A stretch of DNA of 64,000 nucleotides from the human T2T-CHM13v2.0 reference genome, Homo sapiens. The position numbers and the translations under genes are program-made. Location of the stretch: NCBI RefSeq assembly GCF_009914755.1, contig NC_060934.1, one strand, 5' to 3'. The notes beneath the pieces were generated by a model. It made no database searches. It had not been told where the DNA came from and saw nothing but the letters and a program-made list of their open reading frames with translations. Positions 38,670 through 51,752 of the stretch are shown here, in pieces (positions within the stretch are counted from its first letter, which is position 1; every line of letters starts with the position of its first letter).

Positions 38670-41600
38670 CTTTTTATTTCTCTTGAGACTTCATGTTTGA
38701 TCCATGGCTTATTTAGAAGGACGTCATTTAGTTTCAAGTTTTTGGAGTTCTTAAAACAATGTCTGTTATTGATTTGTAGTTTGATTCCATTGTGTTCAGA
38801 GAACACAGCCCTATGATGTCAATTCTGTTCAACTTGTTGAGGTTTTTTGTTTTGTTTTTTTGATAGCTCAGCATGTGACACATCTTGGCCTGTATATTCC
38901 ACAGCTGCTTAAAAAGAATGTGTATTCTGATGTTATTGGGTGGAGAATTCTCTAAATACGGATTCCATCCTGTTGATTGCTGGTTTTTCAATTCCATAAT
39001 GGCATATCTTGTGTCTAGTTGTTCTATCAATTGTTGAAGCAGAGGTTTTGTTCTATCAATTGTTGAGACAGAGGTTTTGAAGGTTTCAACTATAATTGTG
39101 GAGTTGTTTACTTCTTACATCTGTTTTAGTTTCATATAATTGGAATCCCATTTTTTTGTTTCATGCACACTTATGATTGCTAGATTTTCTTGGTGGATTG
39201 ATTCTTTCATCATTATACCATTCCTGTCTCTCTTCCTGATAATTTTCTTTGCTCTGAAGTTCATTTGATCTGCTGTTAAGCCACTCTGCTGTCCTTTAAT
39301 TAATATGTGTTTAATATAATTTTTCTACTCTTTCACTTTCACTGTGTCTGTATCATAATATTGAAGTAAGTTGTTGGTAGACAGAATATTGTTAGATCAT
39401 CTTTTTCAATCATCTCTGTTCACCTGTCTTTTGATTGGAGCATTTAGATCATTTTCACGTAATATAATTATTGATATGTTTGTAGACCTAAATCTATGAT
39501 TTTACTTTTTATGTTTTTTATTTCTCTGTCTTCTTTATCTCACTTCCTATGAGTTACTTGAATATGTTTTAGAATTCCATTTTATCTATAAGGTTTTTGA
39601 GTATATTTCTTTGCACAGCAGTTTCAGCAGTTGCTGTGTATGTTACATAACTTATGCATAACTTCTCAAAGTCTATGAGTGTCATCAATTTACCAATTTT
39701 AGTGAAATTTATCAGTTTTAGTGAAGTATAGAAATTTTTACCTTTCTTTTAACCCCTTTACCTTTCAGATAATTTCATTATCTTAAAAATATTTTTTCTA
39801 TATACATTTAGGACCACATCAGAGAGCATTACAATTTTTTGAAATGTTAAATAATCTTTGATATTACTCATAAACCACAGAAATGCCTTTCAATAAGTAA
39901 AAGGAACCATTTTAGAAACACAGAATTCTAATTAGATTAGCATAAGGCCAAAAATGTAAAGTTGATATTGCTACCTTATTTTCAGCCCTTTCCTTTAAGA
40001 GAGGCAAATGAACACAAAACACAGGTGAATCTTGCTTGGTTCTAAGACAGTGAAGGAATTTCTCCAGTATTTAAATGTATTCATATAACCAGTTAAATAC
40101 ATATAAATGTAAAACCAATCTCCAATAGGTTTTAAGATCTCTGTGAACAGTCGAACTTTACAAAATGATCTTTGCTGGCGTTAAGATGAAGCAGAAAGGG
40201 CAGACCTGATAGCTTACCTCAAAAAAGCTACTGAGCAATAATTGGCTACTGCCTTATTTATTTCAAAACAGAAATGTCCCATGACTTTTTAATGTGTACC
40301 ACAATTTAATAGATATCCTACACCAGAATTCAGATCATGAATGACTTACAGAATATTTTTGTTGGGCAGTCCTGATTTAACTAAGACTGGCTTATGGTTA
40401 AAAGAATATGTTCAGCTTTTTGAATTTTAATAGCAATTACAATTCGGTAAATGCTATCACTTTTTACACATTCTAAAGATAATTTTTGTTTTGGTCATCA
40501 AACATAATTTAGAAAATTCAAAAGGATAAGGAAAGTCTATTTATTTACTCATATTTTTGCTTACTGTGGCATCTCTGTCTTTTTAAAATTCAAAGTTTCC
40601 TTCTTTGTTTTTTTTCTATTCAGAGAACTTCCTTCAGCCATTGTTTTAGAGTAGGTCTGCCGGTGACTTCTCTTAGCTTTCCATCATTTCAGAATGTCTT
40701 GATTTCCCCTTTATTCCTGGATATTTTTACTGGGTATAATATTTGGACTGACAGTACTTTTTTTGTTATTACTTGGAAAATATTTTGTCACTTTTGGCCT
40801 GACAGTTTTGATGAGAAAATGGTTGTTGCTTTGTTTGTTCCTTGTAAGCAAGGTTTTGTTTGTCTCTGGCTGCTTTCAGGATTTTTTCTTTGCCTTTTAG
40901 TTTTCAGAACTTTAATTTTGATGTGTATTGGCATGAATTTCTTTGGTATATTCTGTTTGTCATTTGCTTACTTTTGAATTACATCTCTTGCCATATTTAG
41001 GAAGTTTTCAGGCATTCTATCTTTGAGTATTTTTTTCAACTCCCCCTTTTTTCTCCCCTCCTTTGGGACTCTGATGAAATACATGTTAACTCTTTTGTTA
41101 TCACACAGGTCCCTAAAAGGTCTTTTTTTTTTTAACTCTACTTTATCTCTATAGTCTAGATTAATTCATTTTTATTGTCCTATTCTCTAGTTTACTGATT
41201 CTATTATCTGTCTCTCCATTCTGCAATAAAGCCCATCAACTTAGCTTCCTACCTGGGTTATTGCATTTTTCGCTTCTAAAATTTCCTTTAGGTTCTTCCT
41301 TATATGTTCTATCAGTTTACCGAGACCTTCTATTTCCTTTTTGAGACTTTGTATTTCATTTGTTTCCAGAATGTTTGTATTTGCTGTTGAAGCTTTTAAA
41401 AATTATGGTTGCTTTAAAATTCCTGACAGTTAATTCTAACATCTCTGTCATCTTGGTGTTGTTACTCATTGATCAGATTTTTCCATTCAGTTTGAGACTA
41501 CTCTTTGTTGGTATGATAAACGATTTTTTAAAATTAAAACATGGACATTTTATATTATTTTATAAGACTCTGGATCTATTTTTTAAAACTTCTGTGTTGC

Positions 41601-43290
41601 CTGGCTTCTCTGACATCACTCCAGCAGGGGATGAAGGTGGCACGGCCTTACTCCTTAGCAATGATGAAAGTCCTGACTTTCCACTAGGTCCCTGAGCAGG
41701 GAGGAGAAGCGGTATCTGCCATAGGAGTGAAATTCTAGGCTTCCCTCATGATTCCCACTGACATCACCAGGGACTCATCACTGGGCAGTGGGAATGAGAG
41801 TCCTGCATCCTTTGTTGGCCTTCTTTGATACCTCCCCAGCATGGGTGTGGGATACTTCACTTTAGTTTCGGGAGGGTTATAAGTCTAGGTTCTAGCATGG
41901 ATGGGAGTGGAGCCACAGTTTTTTTTCTAGGATCTTTGGCTGGAATAAAGCAATCATTGTCTTGACTTTTTTTTTTTTTTTTTTTTGTCTTGCTAGGCTG
42001 CCCCTATTCTGTTCTTTTGGCAAGTAAGAGCAGGCCTTTGTTAAGGTTTTTTGTTGTTGTTGTTGTTGTTGTTGTTGTCTGCATCCATTGGAGTTTCTGG
42101 GTTGCTAGCTTCTTCAGTTCCAATTCTGGGATATATGAGACAAAAAGAAAATACAGGGTTCTCACCACTGTGTCATTTCCCAAGTCCTAAGGTCCCTTGT
42201 CAGTCTGTCTTCTTTCCAACTTTTAGAGTCTTGTAATGTTTGTTATGTATGTAACATCTAAGGTTTTTAGTTGTACATAGAGGAACAGGGTAAAATACAT
42301 CTCCATGTTTCAAGAAGCAGAAGTCTCCAGAATTTTCTTTTAAATTAGACAGGAGAAGAAAAATGTTACAAACAAAAGTATATTTATAGCATCTTTTATA
42401 TTTCCTTATGCAATTACTTTTATCAGTGCTATTTTTTCATGTGGATTCAAGTTATTGTTTAGTGTACTTAATTTCAGTCTGAAGGATTTCCTTTTCTTTC
42501 TCTTGTAGGGCAGTTCTGCTAATATAAAATTATCCAGTTTTATTTATCTAGGAATATCTTAGTTTTTCCTTTTTACTGAATTATAGTTTTACTATATATG
42601 GAATTATTGGTTAACATTCTTTTTCTTTGAGCACTTTGACTAAGTTATCCTGCTGCTTCTGGCCTCCATGATTTCTAAGTGAGCTGTGAATCTTATTGAG
42701 GCTTCTTCTTTATATAATGGGTCCTTGGCCTCTTCTAACTTTTCAGGTTCTCTCTTTTTAATTTGACAGTTTGATTATAATTTGTCTAGATGTGGATCTT
42801 TGAGATTATCCTACTTGGAGTTTGTTGAGCTTTTTAGATATGCATATTAATGATTTTTTTTATCAAATTTGGAAATTTTTCTGCTCCTTTCTGTTGCTCT
42901 TCTCATTAATGGACTTTCGTTATGTATGTGTTAATATTCCACAGGTCTCTGAAGTTCTGTTCCTTTTTCTTCACTCTTTTTTAAAAATCTAGCTCTTGGA
43001 CTGGAAAATTTCAAGTGACCTTCAAGTTTGCCTATTCCTTCTTTTGATAGTTCAAACCTGCAGTTGAGTTCCTGTAATAAATTTTTCATTTCAGTTATTG
43101 TATATTTTGATACTTTCTGAATTTCTATCAGGTTATCCCCTATAATTTCTATGTCTTTATTGATATTCTCTACTTCATAAGATGTTGTTCTATACTTTAC
43201 TTCTTTAGATATAGTATTCTTTAGTTCTTTGAACTTATTTATAATAATTGACTTAAAGTTTTTAATCTAGTAAATCCAATGTCTAGGCTT
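38670..43290 (-). mobile_element. Old L1M (MC/MD-like) sequence hosting the CYCS retrocopy; includes (GTT)n at ~42051-42078
   Basis: ORF 38734-39030 is L1 endonuclease-like; long T-rich antisense L1 sequence continues across the insertion. Confidence 0.75.
39835..40481 (-). pseudogene. Cytochrome c (CYCS) processed pseudogene, 5'-truncated with a 5' inversion
   Basis: 40161-40481 (+) is the CYCS C-terminal CDS (M-I-F-A-G-V-K-M-K, 1-nt deletion, E-R-A-D-L-I-A-Y-L-K-K-A-T) plus proximal 3' UTR. 39841-40160 is the next part of the CYCS 3' UTR on the minus strand, ending in a short A tract (T-run 39835-39840). AATTTTT occurs on both sides, inside an L1. Confidence 0.88.
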
Positions 43291-43379
43291 TCCATAATGC
43301 CACATTGGAGAATAAGATTCAACAGGTGTTTTAGAGGCTACAGATATTCAAACCATAGCACTCACACTTATTCTAGCTA

Positions 43380-44810
43380 TGTTGGTCTTCTTGCTATTTC
43401 ATGATCAATGATGTATGCTCCTACCTCAGGGCGTTTGTACTTGCTGTTTTCTTTGCTTGACACACTTTGCCCCCAATGTCCACATGGCTCACTCCCTCAC
43501 TTCCTTCACGGCTTGGCTCAAATGCCTCTTATTAGAAAAGTATTCCTCAAGAATTAATTATTTAATTATATTTCACCTTATCAGTGTCTCTCTTTAATAT
43601 CTCATCTTTCTCTCCTATATCTTCAACTTCTCTCTAAGGAGTCTTTACCCTGAGTATTTTTAAATGCTCAAGTCTTTCTTCTTAAAATAAAGTCTTTTAT
43701 CCCCATTTTCCCATCTAGTTTACCTTCCTCTCTCTCCTCTACTTCAGACCTTAATTTTTTGAAAGGCTTACACTTAATTCCTAAGAGGTTTTATGCTTAC
43801 AGCTTCTACCTTCTGAGCTTCCACTCACTTCTTAAGCATCTATAACCTTACATTTTTTGCTCAGCACCTCATTTAAACTCTCAAGATCACTAACAAGCTT
43901 CTTGCTGCCAGACGCAATGAATGGTTTTAAAATTTGACCTTTTACCAGCATTTGGCATTGTTGGCCACCTCATCCTTTAAACATTCACTTCAGGAGCTTG
44001 AATGATACTATACTCTGCTAGCTCTCCTATGCTTGTTGCTGACCTCCCCGTGTCTCCTTTGCCACACTTACTCTTCTGTCTGTCCCTTAAATTCAGACAA
44101 CTCTCAGAAGTCCATCCGGGGCTTATCTTTCTTCTCATTCTACACATTATCTGGGTGATTCTCTATCCTTAGATTTCCATTTTCATGCTGATGACTCCCA
44201 CATGTACAACTCCAAAGAGTTGTAGATCTTGTTATTTCTCCAGGGCTTCAGATCCATATATCCAAGTGTCACCTGGTTCCTACACAGACCCCTGAAACTT
44301 AACTATATTTAAACTTGAACTCATCTCTCCCTACCCACTTTAACTTGTTTCACTATCATCCAGGCACCCATGGTAATAACTGCCTTCTCCCCCACCACCT
44401 ACTCCTCCAAAACACCATGATCTGTTGATTCTAGCCAAGATTCTCCACTATCTATTGAGTTTGCTCCATTTCCATGGCTGCCACCCTAGTTTAGGCCACC
44501 ATCATTTCTTATCAGCATTATTTCTTTTCTCTTCACTTTTAAAGAGCATGTTAATCTCCACTGAGTTTATGAAGCCTAGCATGATATGACCCTGGCTTAT
44601 TTCTTTGGTTTCATCTTGTGCTGCAAAACACAAAATCCTGTAAAATCTGTGATCCAGTCATGCTATAAGAAGTCCAGCTTCTGGCTCCTGAACCTTCAAC
44701 CAGTTGTCCTTACCCTCTGGTTACCTCTGCTGACCATATTCAGATCTTGAGTCAGACTACCTTCCTCCAGGAAACCTTCCCTTACTCCACACATCTGGAT
44801 TATGTGCCAT
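43380..44810. mobile_element. L2 fragments
   Basis: Pyrimidine-rich L2 motifs (cagggcgtttgtacttgctgtt, tgctgatgactcccacat, ttcctccaggaaaccttccct). Confidence 0.65.
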
Positions 44811-45611
44811 GTTATTATACAAAGATCTCTGTGAAGTGACCTTAATTGGGGTGGAGAAGTGGTTGTTTTATAGGACTAAAAACCTGATGGGAGTAAATTA
44901 TAAAAACCCCAATGGAAGGAATTCAGGCCCTATTCCTTAAAATAAAATGTCATCAGCATCTATTCAGGTGGACTGGGGTGGCTATGCCTAAGGTTCATTG
45001 GCAGAAAATGGAAAAGAGACTTCAGATTTATGGTCAATGTGAAAACGAAAAATTAACAGGATCAGTAAAGGGACCAGGACACCACGTCTAAGGGCAGAAG
45101 GAGCCAATCAGAGAACTAACTGGGAACTACATCGTTCTAGGCACTTGGCTTTTGATTTGAAAATCTAGGGCATGTAAATCTCCTAGATATCCACAAGGAG
45201 CTGGACCTCCACCATCACAATAATCAAAATTAAGCCACAGATTCCATGTCCAGATTTGTACTCATTACTAGAACCAACATTCAAACTCAGGTTTTGCGCA
45301 TGGAATGGTTATCTGTGCATGCCCAGCTCTCCCCTTCTATCCATGCCTTCACGCTCCTGCTGCGTGCCTGACTGGAGAACTCTGCCTTAGTCAGAAAAGG
45401 ACTCCAACCCTACAGAAGTGTCTCTGGCTACTGGTCCACTGGGAGCTGCTTTATACTTCATTTAGCACCCAATGGTGATGATTTCACTATGGAGATGACA
45501 GTAACTTGGATTTTATTTGAAAATTAGGGATTAAATAATAGTATGAGGATGGAAGAAAATCCATTCAAATATGAGTAGAAAATCTGAAGTTAAATTTGTA
45601 TTAGTTCATCT

Positions 45612-45614
<3 letters not shown>

Positions 45615-45650
<36 letters not shown>
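45615..45650. repeat. (GT)n microsatellite
   Basis: Read directly. Confidence 0.95.
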
Positions 45651-45653
<3 letters not shown>

Positions 45654-46021
45654 AAGGAGGGCTTGAAAATGCCCATAGATAAGACATAAACTTCTGGAAG
45701 TTATTCAGCCAACCAATATATTTTATTTTAGACTGTTACATTAACTTAAAATATGAGGTTGGTGAAATATAAGAAGACACAAATAGTATATATCATGTAT
45801 AGGAATGTCAACATTTATAATCTAAACAGGAGACTTTTTAAACTGACTTCAAGAGCAGAAATCCACACATCTGGATTTCAACAACAAGAATCTTTTTTTC
45901 CCTGTGCTGCCAGCAAGCAGCTTGGAAGAAATCTTCAAAAACTACAGCTGCGAAGAAAGCCACTGTCATGTCATTTGAGTCAGGGAGCTGTGCTTTGTGC
46001 TTTGGCACTTCTCATTGACTT

Positions 46022-46392
46022 CTTTTTTTATTTTTAATTTTTTTATTTCCATAGATTTTGGGGGAATGGGTGGTGTTTGGTTACATAAGTTCTTTAGTGG
46101 CGATTTGTGAGATTTTGGTGCACCCATCACCCAAGGAGTATACACTGAACCCAATTTGTAGTCTTCTATCCCTCACCCCCTTCCCACCCTTTTCCCCGAA
46201 TCCCCAAAGCCCATTGTATCATTCTTATGCCTTTGCATTCTCATAGCCTACCTCCCACTTATGAGTGGGAACATACAATGTTTGGTTTTCCATTCCTGAG
46301 TTATTTTACTTAGAATAATAGTCTCCAATAAAATGCAGGTTGCTGCGAATGCCATTAATTCATTCTTTTTATGGCTGAGTAGTATTCCATCA
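46022..46392 (-). mobile_element. L1PB-like 3' end
   Basis: gttacataagttctttagtggcgatttgtgagattttggtgcacccatcacc is an L1PB 3' terminus motif. Confidence 0.85.
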
Positions 46393-47294
46393 TATTAGTC
46401 TTCCATATTAGTATTAGTATTCCATATTAGTATTCCATCATGCACTTTAGTCTGACTTCTCCCTTCACCATTTATCTGAAAATGTCCTCATTAGAGTTGC
46501 CAATGGGCACCCATGCTGAATCCAAGGGATGCTATTCATCCTTACTTTCCTTAAGTTCTCTGTTGTACTTGACATCATCAGTTATTCCTTTTTTCTCGAT
46601 GTCTTCTACTCCTGTGGCTTCTGTGGTTCACTCCCTTTCTCTTCACCCTTCTAGCTTTTCCTTGACTGCATCCTTTTATCTCTTCTCCTCTGGGTACCTC
46701 ATAAAAGTCAGTGCTACCTGGGATCCTGTCTTTAGCAGGTTTTTCTTTTCCTCTTACACTCTCTCCATGGATGATCTCAACCACTCTCATGCCTCCACAA
46801 GGACCAGTGTTCCATGGACTTCAGAATCTTGATACCCATGCCAGATCTTCCCCTAAGCTTCAGGCTCATGCAACCAACTGCCTCTGGGACATCGCACTGC
46901 TGTTCTATATGTACTTCATGTTCAATATGTCCACAACTGACCTAATAATCCTCCCAACTCCACCAGATCTTCCTTTTATATTTTTTTATTCAATGGGCAA
47001 CAGCATCCAATCACTCATGTTAGAAACTTGTCTCTTCCCTCTTTTCACCTCTCTAATCAAGCATACATCCTACAGATTTTGCCTACCAAAGAGTTCCAGA
47101 CTCTGACTTCTCCTGTCCTTCTCCAGCACTAGTTTGGATCATTGTTCCTTTCCCCATGGATTAGGTCTTTCTCCTCCTTTTCAAATCGAGCCCCTTATAA
47201 GCCTCCAGAAGGCATAATATGTAAACATAGCAAAAAACAATCCCACCACTTCCCACTATGTTCAGATTTCTTCATTGTCTCCCCATTGCTAACT

Positions 47295-47490
47295 ACAGTG
47301 TTTCTCAAATTATCAACCATAGAACATCTGCATCAGGCTCACCTAAGAGTTTGTGACAAAGCTGATTTCTGAAACTTACACCAGTCTTACCAAATCATGA
47401 TCTTACCAAATCGTCATCTCCAGCTTTCCTAGAAATCTGACTTTCCCATACGTACCTCAGTGACGCACATGTTAAAGTTTTGGACACTCT
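47295..47490. mobile_element. MER5A-like hAT DNA transposon within L2 sequence
   Basis: cagtgtttctcaaa...aaagttttggacactctg termini. Confidence 0.55.
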
Positions 47491-47539
47491 GTATACAGCA
47501 AACCCTCCTGATCTTGGCTCTTGCCTCTCCAATCTCCCT

Positions 47540-47841
47540 TTGGTTTATTTGTTTGTTTGAGAGAGTTTCTCGTGCTGTTGCTCAGGCTGAACTGTAGTGG
47601 TGCAGTCACGACTTAATGCAGCCTCAACCTCCTGGGCTCAAGCAATCCTCCCACCTCAGCCTCCTGAGTAGCTGGAACCCAGCACCACCTAGCTAATTTA
47701 TTATTGTTGTTATTATTATTTGGTAGAGATGGGGTCTCACAACATTGCCCAGGCTCATCTCAAACTCCTAGACTCAAGCAATCCTGCTGTCTCCACCTCC
47801 CAAAGTGCTGGGATTGCAGGATTGAGCCACTGCACCCAGCC
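47540..47841 (-). mobile_element. AluJ-like
   Basis: Alu consensus. Confidence 0.88.
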
Positions 47842-48373
47842 CAATCTCATTTTTCTTCTTACTAGTCCCTGACTTTAGCTCCATACTTTGGTAGTCTTAA
47901 ATGCCTGCATTTTACTATGCTAAGTGCATCTCACTTCCATGACTTGGCTCATGTCTCTATATGAAATACCCCCTGGTTCCTGCCTTTCACCCCCACCCTC
48001 CCTTTGCCTGGTAAACTCCTATTTATCCAATGACATTCAGCTCACATCTCCTCTCTTACAACAATCCTTAATTTTCTACCCTCCCACCCCTCTTCTCTCC
48101 CACCTCTTATCCCTTTATTCAGTGGGTTAGATCCTCTTTGGAGCTTCCACATGCATATCTCCATTAGTGCTCTTACCACCCAATCTCATTATTCCCAATC
48201 TGGGTGCCTATTTCTCCCTTTACAACATGAGCACCTTGAATCAGGGACTGTCTGCTAGTCAGTTCACTAATCCCGGCACAGGCTGGATGTATAGCAGGCA
48301 CTCAATAAATGTTTCTTCCGTAAATGAAGTATGCATACTTGCTCTATCTATCCTTGTTAGCTGCTTCTTTGCT

Positions 48374-48810
48374 ACAATAGCAAAGACTTGGAACCAATCC
48401 AAATGTCCAACAATGATAGACTGAATTAAGAAAATGTGGCACATATACACTATGGAATACTATGCAGCCATAAAAAATGATGAGTTCATGTCCTTTGTAG
48501 GGACATGGATGAAGCTGGAAACCATCATTCTCAGCAAACTATCGCAAGGACAAAAAACCAAACACTGCATGTTCTCACTCATAGATGGGAATTGAACAAT
48601 GAGAACACATGGACACGGGAAGGGGAACATCACACACTGGGGCCTGTTGTGGGGTGGGGGGAGTGGGGAGGGATAGCGTTAGGAGACATACCTAATGTCA
48701 AATGACGAGTTAATGGGTGCAGCACACCAACATGGCACATGTATACATATATAACAAACCTGCACATTGTGCACATGTACCCTAAAACTTAAAGTATAAT
48801 TTAAAAAGAA
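48374..48810 (+). mobile_element. L1PA 3' end
   Basis: Close match to the L1PA 3' UTR (acaatagcaaagacttggaaccaa...cctaaaacttaaagtataat). Confidence 0.92.
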
Positions 48811-49104
48811 ATGGAAACTTAAAAAAAAATGGAAAACTGTTCATAGTGCAAACAGGCAAAGACACAGAGATAGGTTCCAAATGGTAAGACAGCAAGGAGG
48901 AGGTGGAAGGTGAGATTAATAGTGGTGGTGTTTAGGATGAACAGAAGTGTAAGATGCTCAAAAGGAACATTAAGCTCATTGCAGTGGTTGAGGAAAGAAA
49001 TGATGAACTTTTGCACAAAGGCAGCAGCAGAGAAGGTGGAGAGGAGAGGATGGAGCTAAAAGACTTCTCATAGGACTTGGTGGCTGAATGTTTGCAGTGA
49101 GTTA

Positions 49105-49730
49105 GTGTACTGGTTTTCTACTGCTGTGTAACACATGACCACAAACTTACCAGTTCAGAACAACATTCATTTTTGGCTCACAGTTCTGCAGGTCAGAAGT
49201 CTAGGCATGGCATGACTGAGTTCCCTGCTCAGGGTCTCACAAAGCTTAAGTCACGGTATGAGCAGGGCTTACTGCTCATCTCATTTGGAGCTCACGGTCT
49301 TCCTCCAAGCTCATGTGGACATTGGCAGAATTCAGTTTCTTGCAGCTGTGGGACTGAGATCCTAGCATTCTTGCTGAATGCCAGCAAGTGGGAGGATAAG
49401 GGGGGGTCTCAGCTCCTAGAGGCCACTTGCATTTCTTGCATGTGACCTCCTCCATCTTCAAAGCCAGCAACAGAGACATCTCCCTAACGTCAACTCTCTC
49501 TCATGCTTCCAATGTCTTTCTTTAGGAAAAGCCTGACCTCTTTTAAGGTCTCACCTGATTAGGCCAGGTTAATCTCCCTTTCTTAAGGTGGACAAATTTG
49601 GAAACTTAATTGCAGATGTAAAATTTCTTCCTAGCAGTATCTAGATTAGCGCTTGGTTAAAGAACTGGGAGAAGGTGTGTGTACATCACAGGAGGAGGAT
49701 CCTGGAGGTCATCTCAGAATTTTGCAACCA
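49105..49730 (-). mobile_element. MLT1 (D/E-like) LTR
   Basis: ctgctgtgtaaca...cacaaactt...ctcacagttctgcaggtcagaagtct motifs. Confidence 0.75.
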
Positions 49731-50188
49731 AGGTAAAGGATAGGTAGTGCTTCAGTTAGACTGTGAGTGTTCTAGCTGGACACATTGGAGGGACAATGGA
49801 GCCCTTAGCAAAGCTTGAGAATACAGGAAGTGGAAGAGTTCTGGTGGGAAGGTGAGTTAAAATTTAGATTCGTGAAATACAGAGGTACAGAGAAAAAAAA
49901 ATATTAATTGAGTAATTTTTGTATATAAGAAGTGCCTCTTGGCAGCCTACTTGGTAAGGGCTGAGCTCCAAAAATATTATTTTCAAGAATATAAAGTTAT
50001 TGGTGGAAAAAAATAAATTGTTAAAGGGAAGTGATCTTTAGGGATATGGGGCTAAAAGAGGTATACTTTATAAAAAATATTTTGCTCAGCTCAGCTATCT
50101 AAAAGTTCTCAGGAATATCGTCGAACTCATAATGGGTTGTAAAATGTGCCTGAAAATTGGGGGTCAGATTTTTATTCCCTAATTCTTA

Positions 50189-50540
<352 letters not shown>

Positions 50541-51499
50541 TCATGGCAGGAAATGGCAGCCAGCTGGATAATGGCCTTGCATATTTCCATCCATTGAAGA
50601 CCTCAACGTGAAAAGTTACAAGGTGATTTTCCTTCTTCCTCAAACCTACCCATAAGTCTAAAATATCAAGGTCACACAGCAGCAGCAGCACTTCCAGACT
50701 ACTGAATGGTCTTGCATTGTCTAGTTGAATACATTTCCATGATTCCTCCCATGTTTCCATGAATTATCCAATTCCAGGTATTGCAGGCAGGAGAGAGGAA
50801 ACCAATATAATGAAACATTTTCTGCATTCATCTTGCAGGCATAGAGACGAAAGGAAGATAAAGTTAAGGGCAAATAATTAGATGCAATCTGACCTGAAGC
50901 TAATGGAGATATAAATAGGGTGCTGGGGAGCTCCAAGGACAAAGATGAGGCTCAAAATCCTACCAGAGAATGGATTATAAAATATTTTTTAAAATATCAG
51001 GTTTGGGTTGTCTTATCTTGTTTTGTTTTGTAGATGTCTGGAAGCCAAACCTCTACATTGTTTTTCCTTTTCTTTTTTTTTTTCAGAATTTTTATCTCAT
51101 TTAAAAAAACTTCATTAAGGTAAGTTTTGAGTACAAGAAACTTCAAAATATTTATTTTTAATTTTTCTTGAACTCTAGATCCTCATTTCCAAGTGAATCA
51201 GATTTCTTTTTTTATATTTTTGGAAACAAGGTCTTGCTCTGTCACCCAGGCTGGAGGACAGTGGCACAATCACAGCTCACTGCAACCTTGAACTCCTGTG
51301 CTCAAGCCATGCTCTTGCCTCAGCCTCTTGCACCATGAGTAAAATTCCCTGAAGCCCTCACCAGAAGCAGATGCTGGCACCATTGAAGATGGTATATACA
51401 CCAGGTGTATATACACCATTAACAATTGGTTTGTACCTTTCCATACCATTTAATATGTATCTTTACACATGAGAATGTAACATCCTTCCACGATTTTTA

Positions 51500-51752
51500 T
51501 GTACATTATAATATATATTATATAATATTAATATATAAATATATAATAATATTAACATATTATATATAACACATTACATATAGTGTACATATTGTGTATA
51601 ATAATATATAATACATATATTTTTGATACATTACTTATAAGTAATATTATATATTGTATTATAATATATAATATTGTATACCTTTTTGCATTATATACCT
51701 TTTGCATTTTATATATATACCTTTTTGCATTAATAATATAATGCAAAAAAAC
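51500..51752. repeat. AT-rich low-complexity tract, preceded by Alu and MaLR fragments (~51205-51385)
   Basis: Read directly. Confidence 0.8.

Noticed and set aside
40161-40241. Functional cytochrome c gene
   Set aside because: Lacks the N-terminal ~78 codons including CXXCH, has a frameshift and an altered stop, and is inverted relative to its own polyA end.
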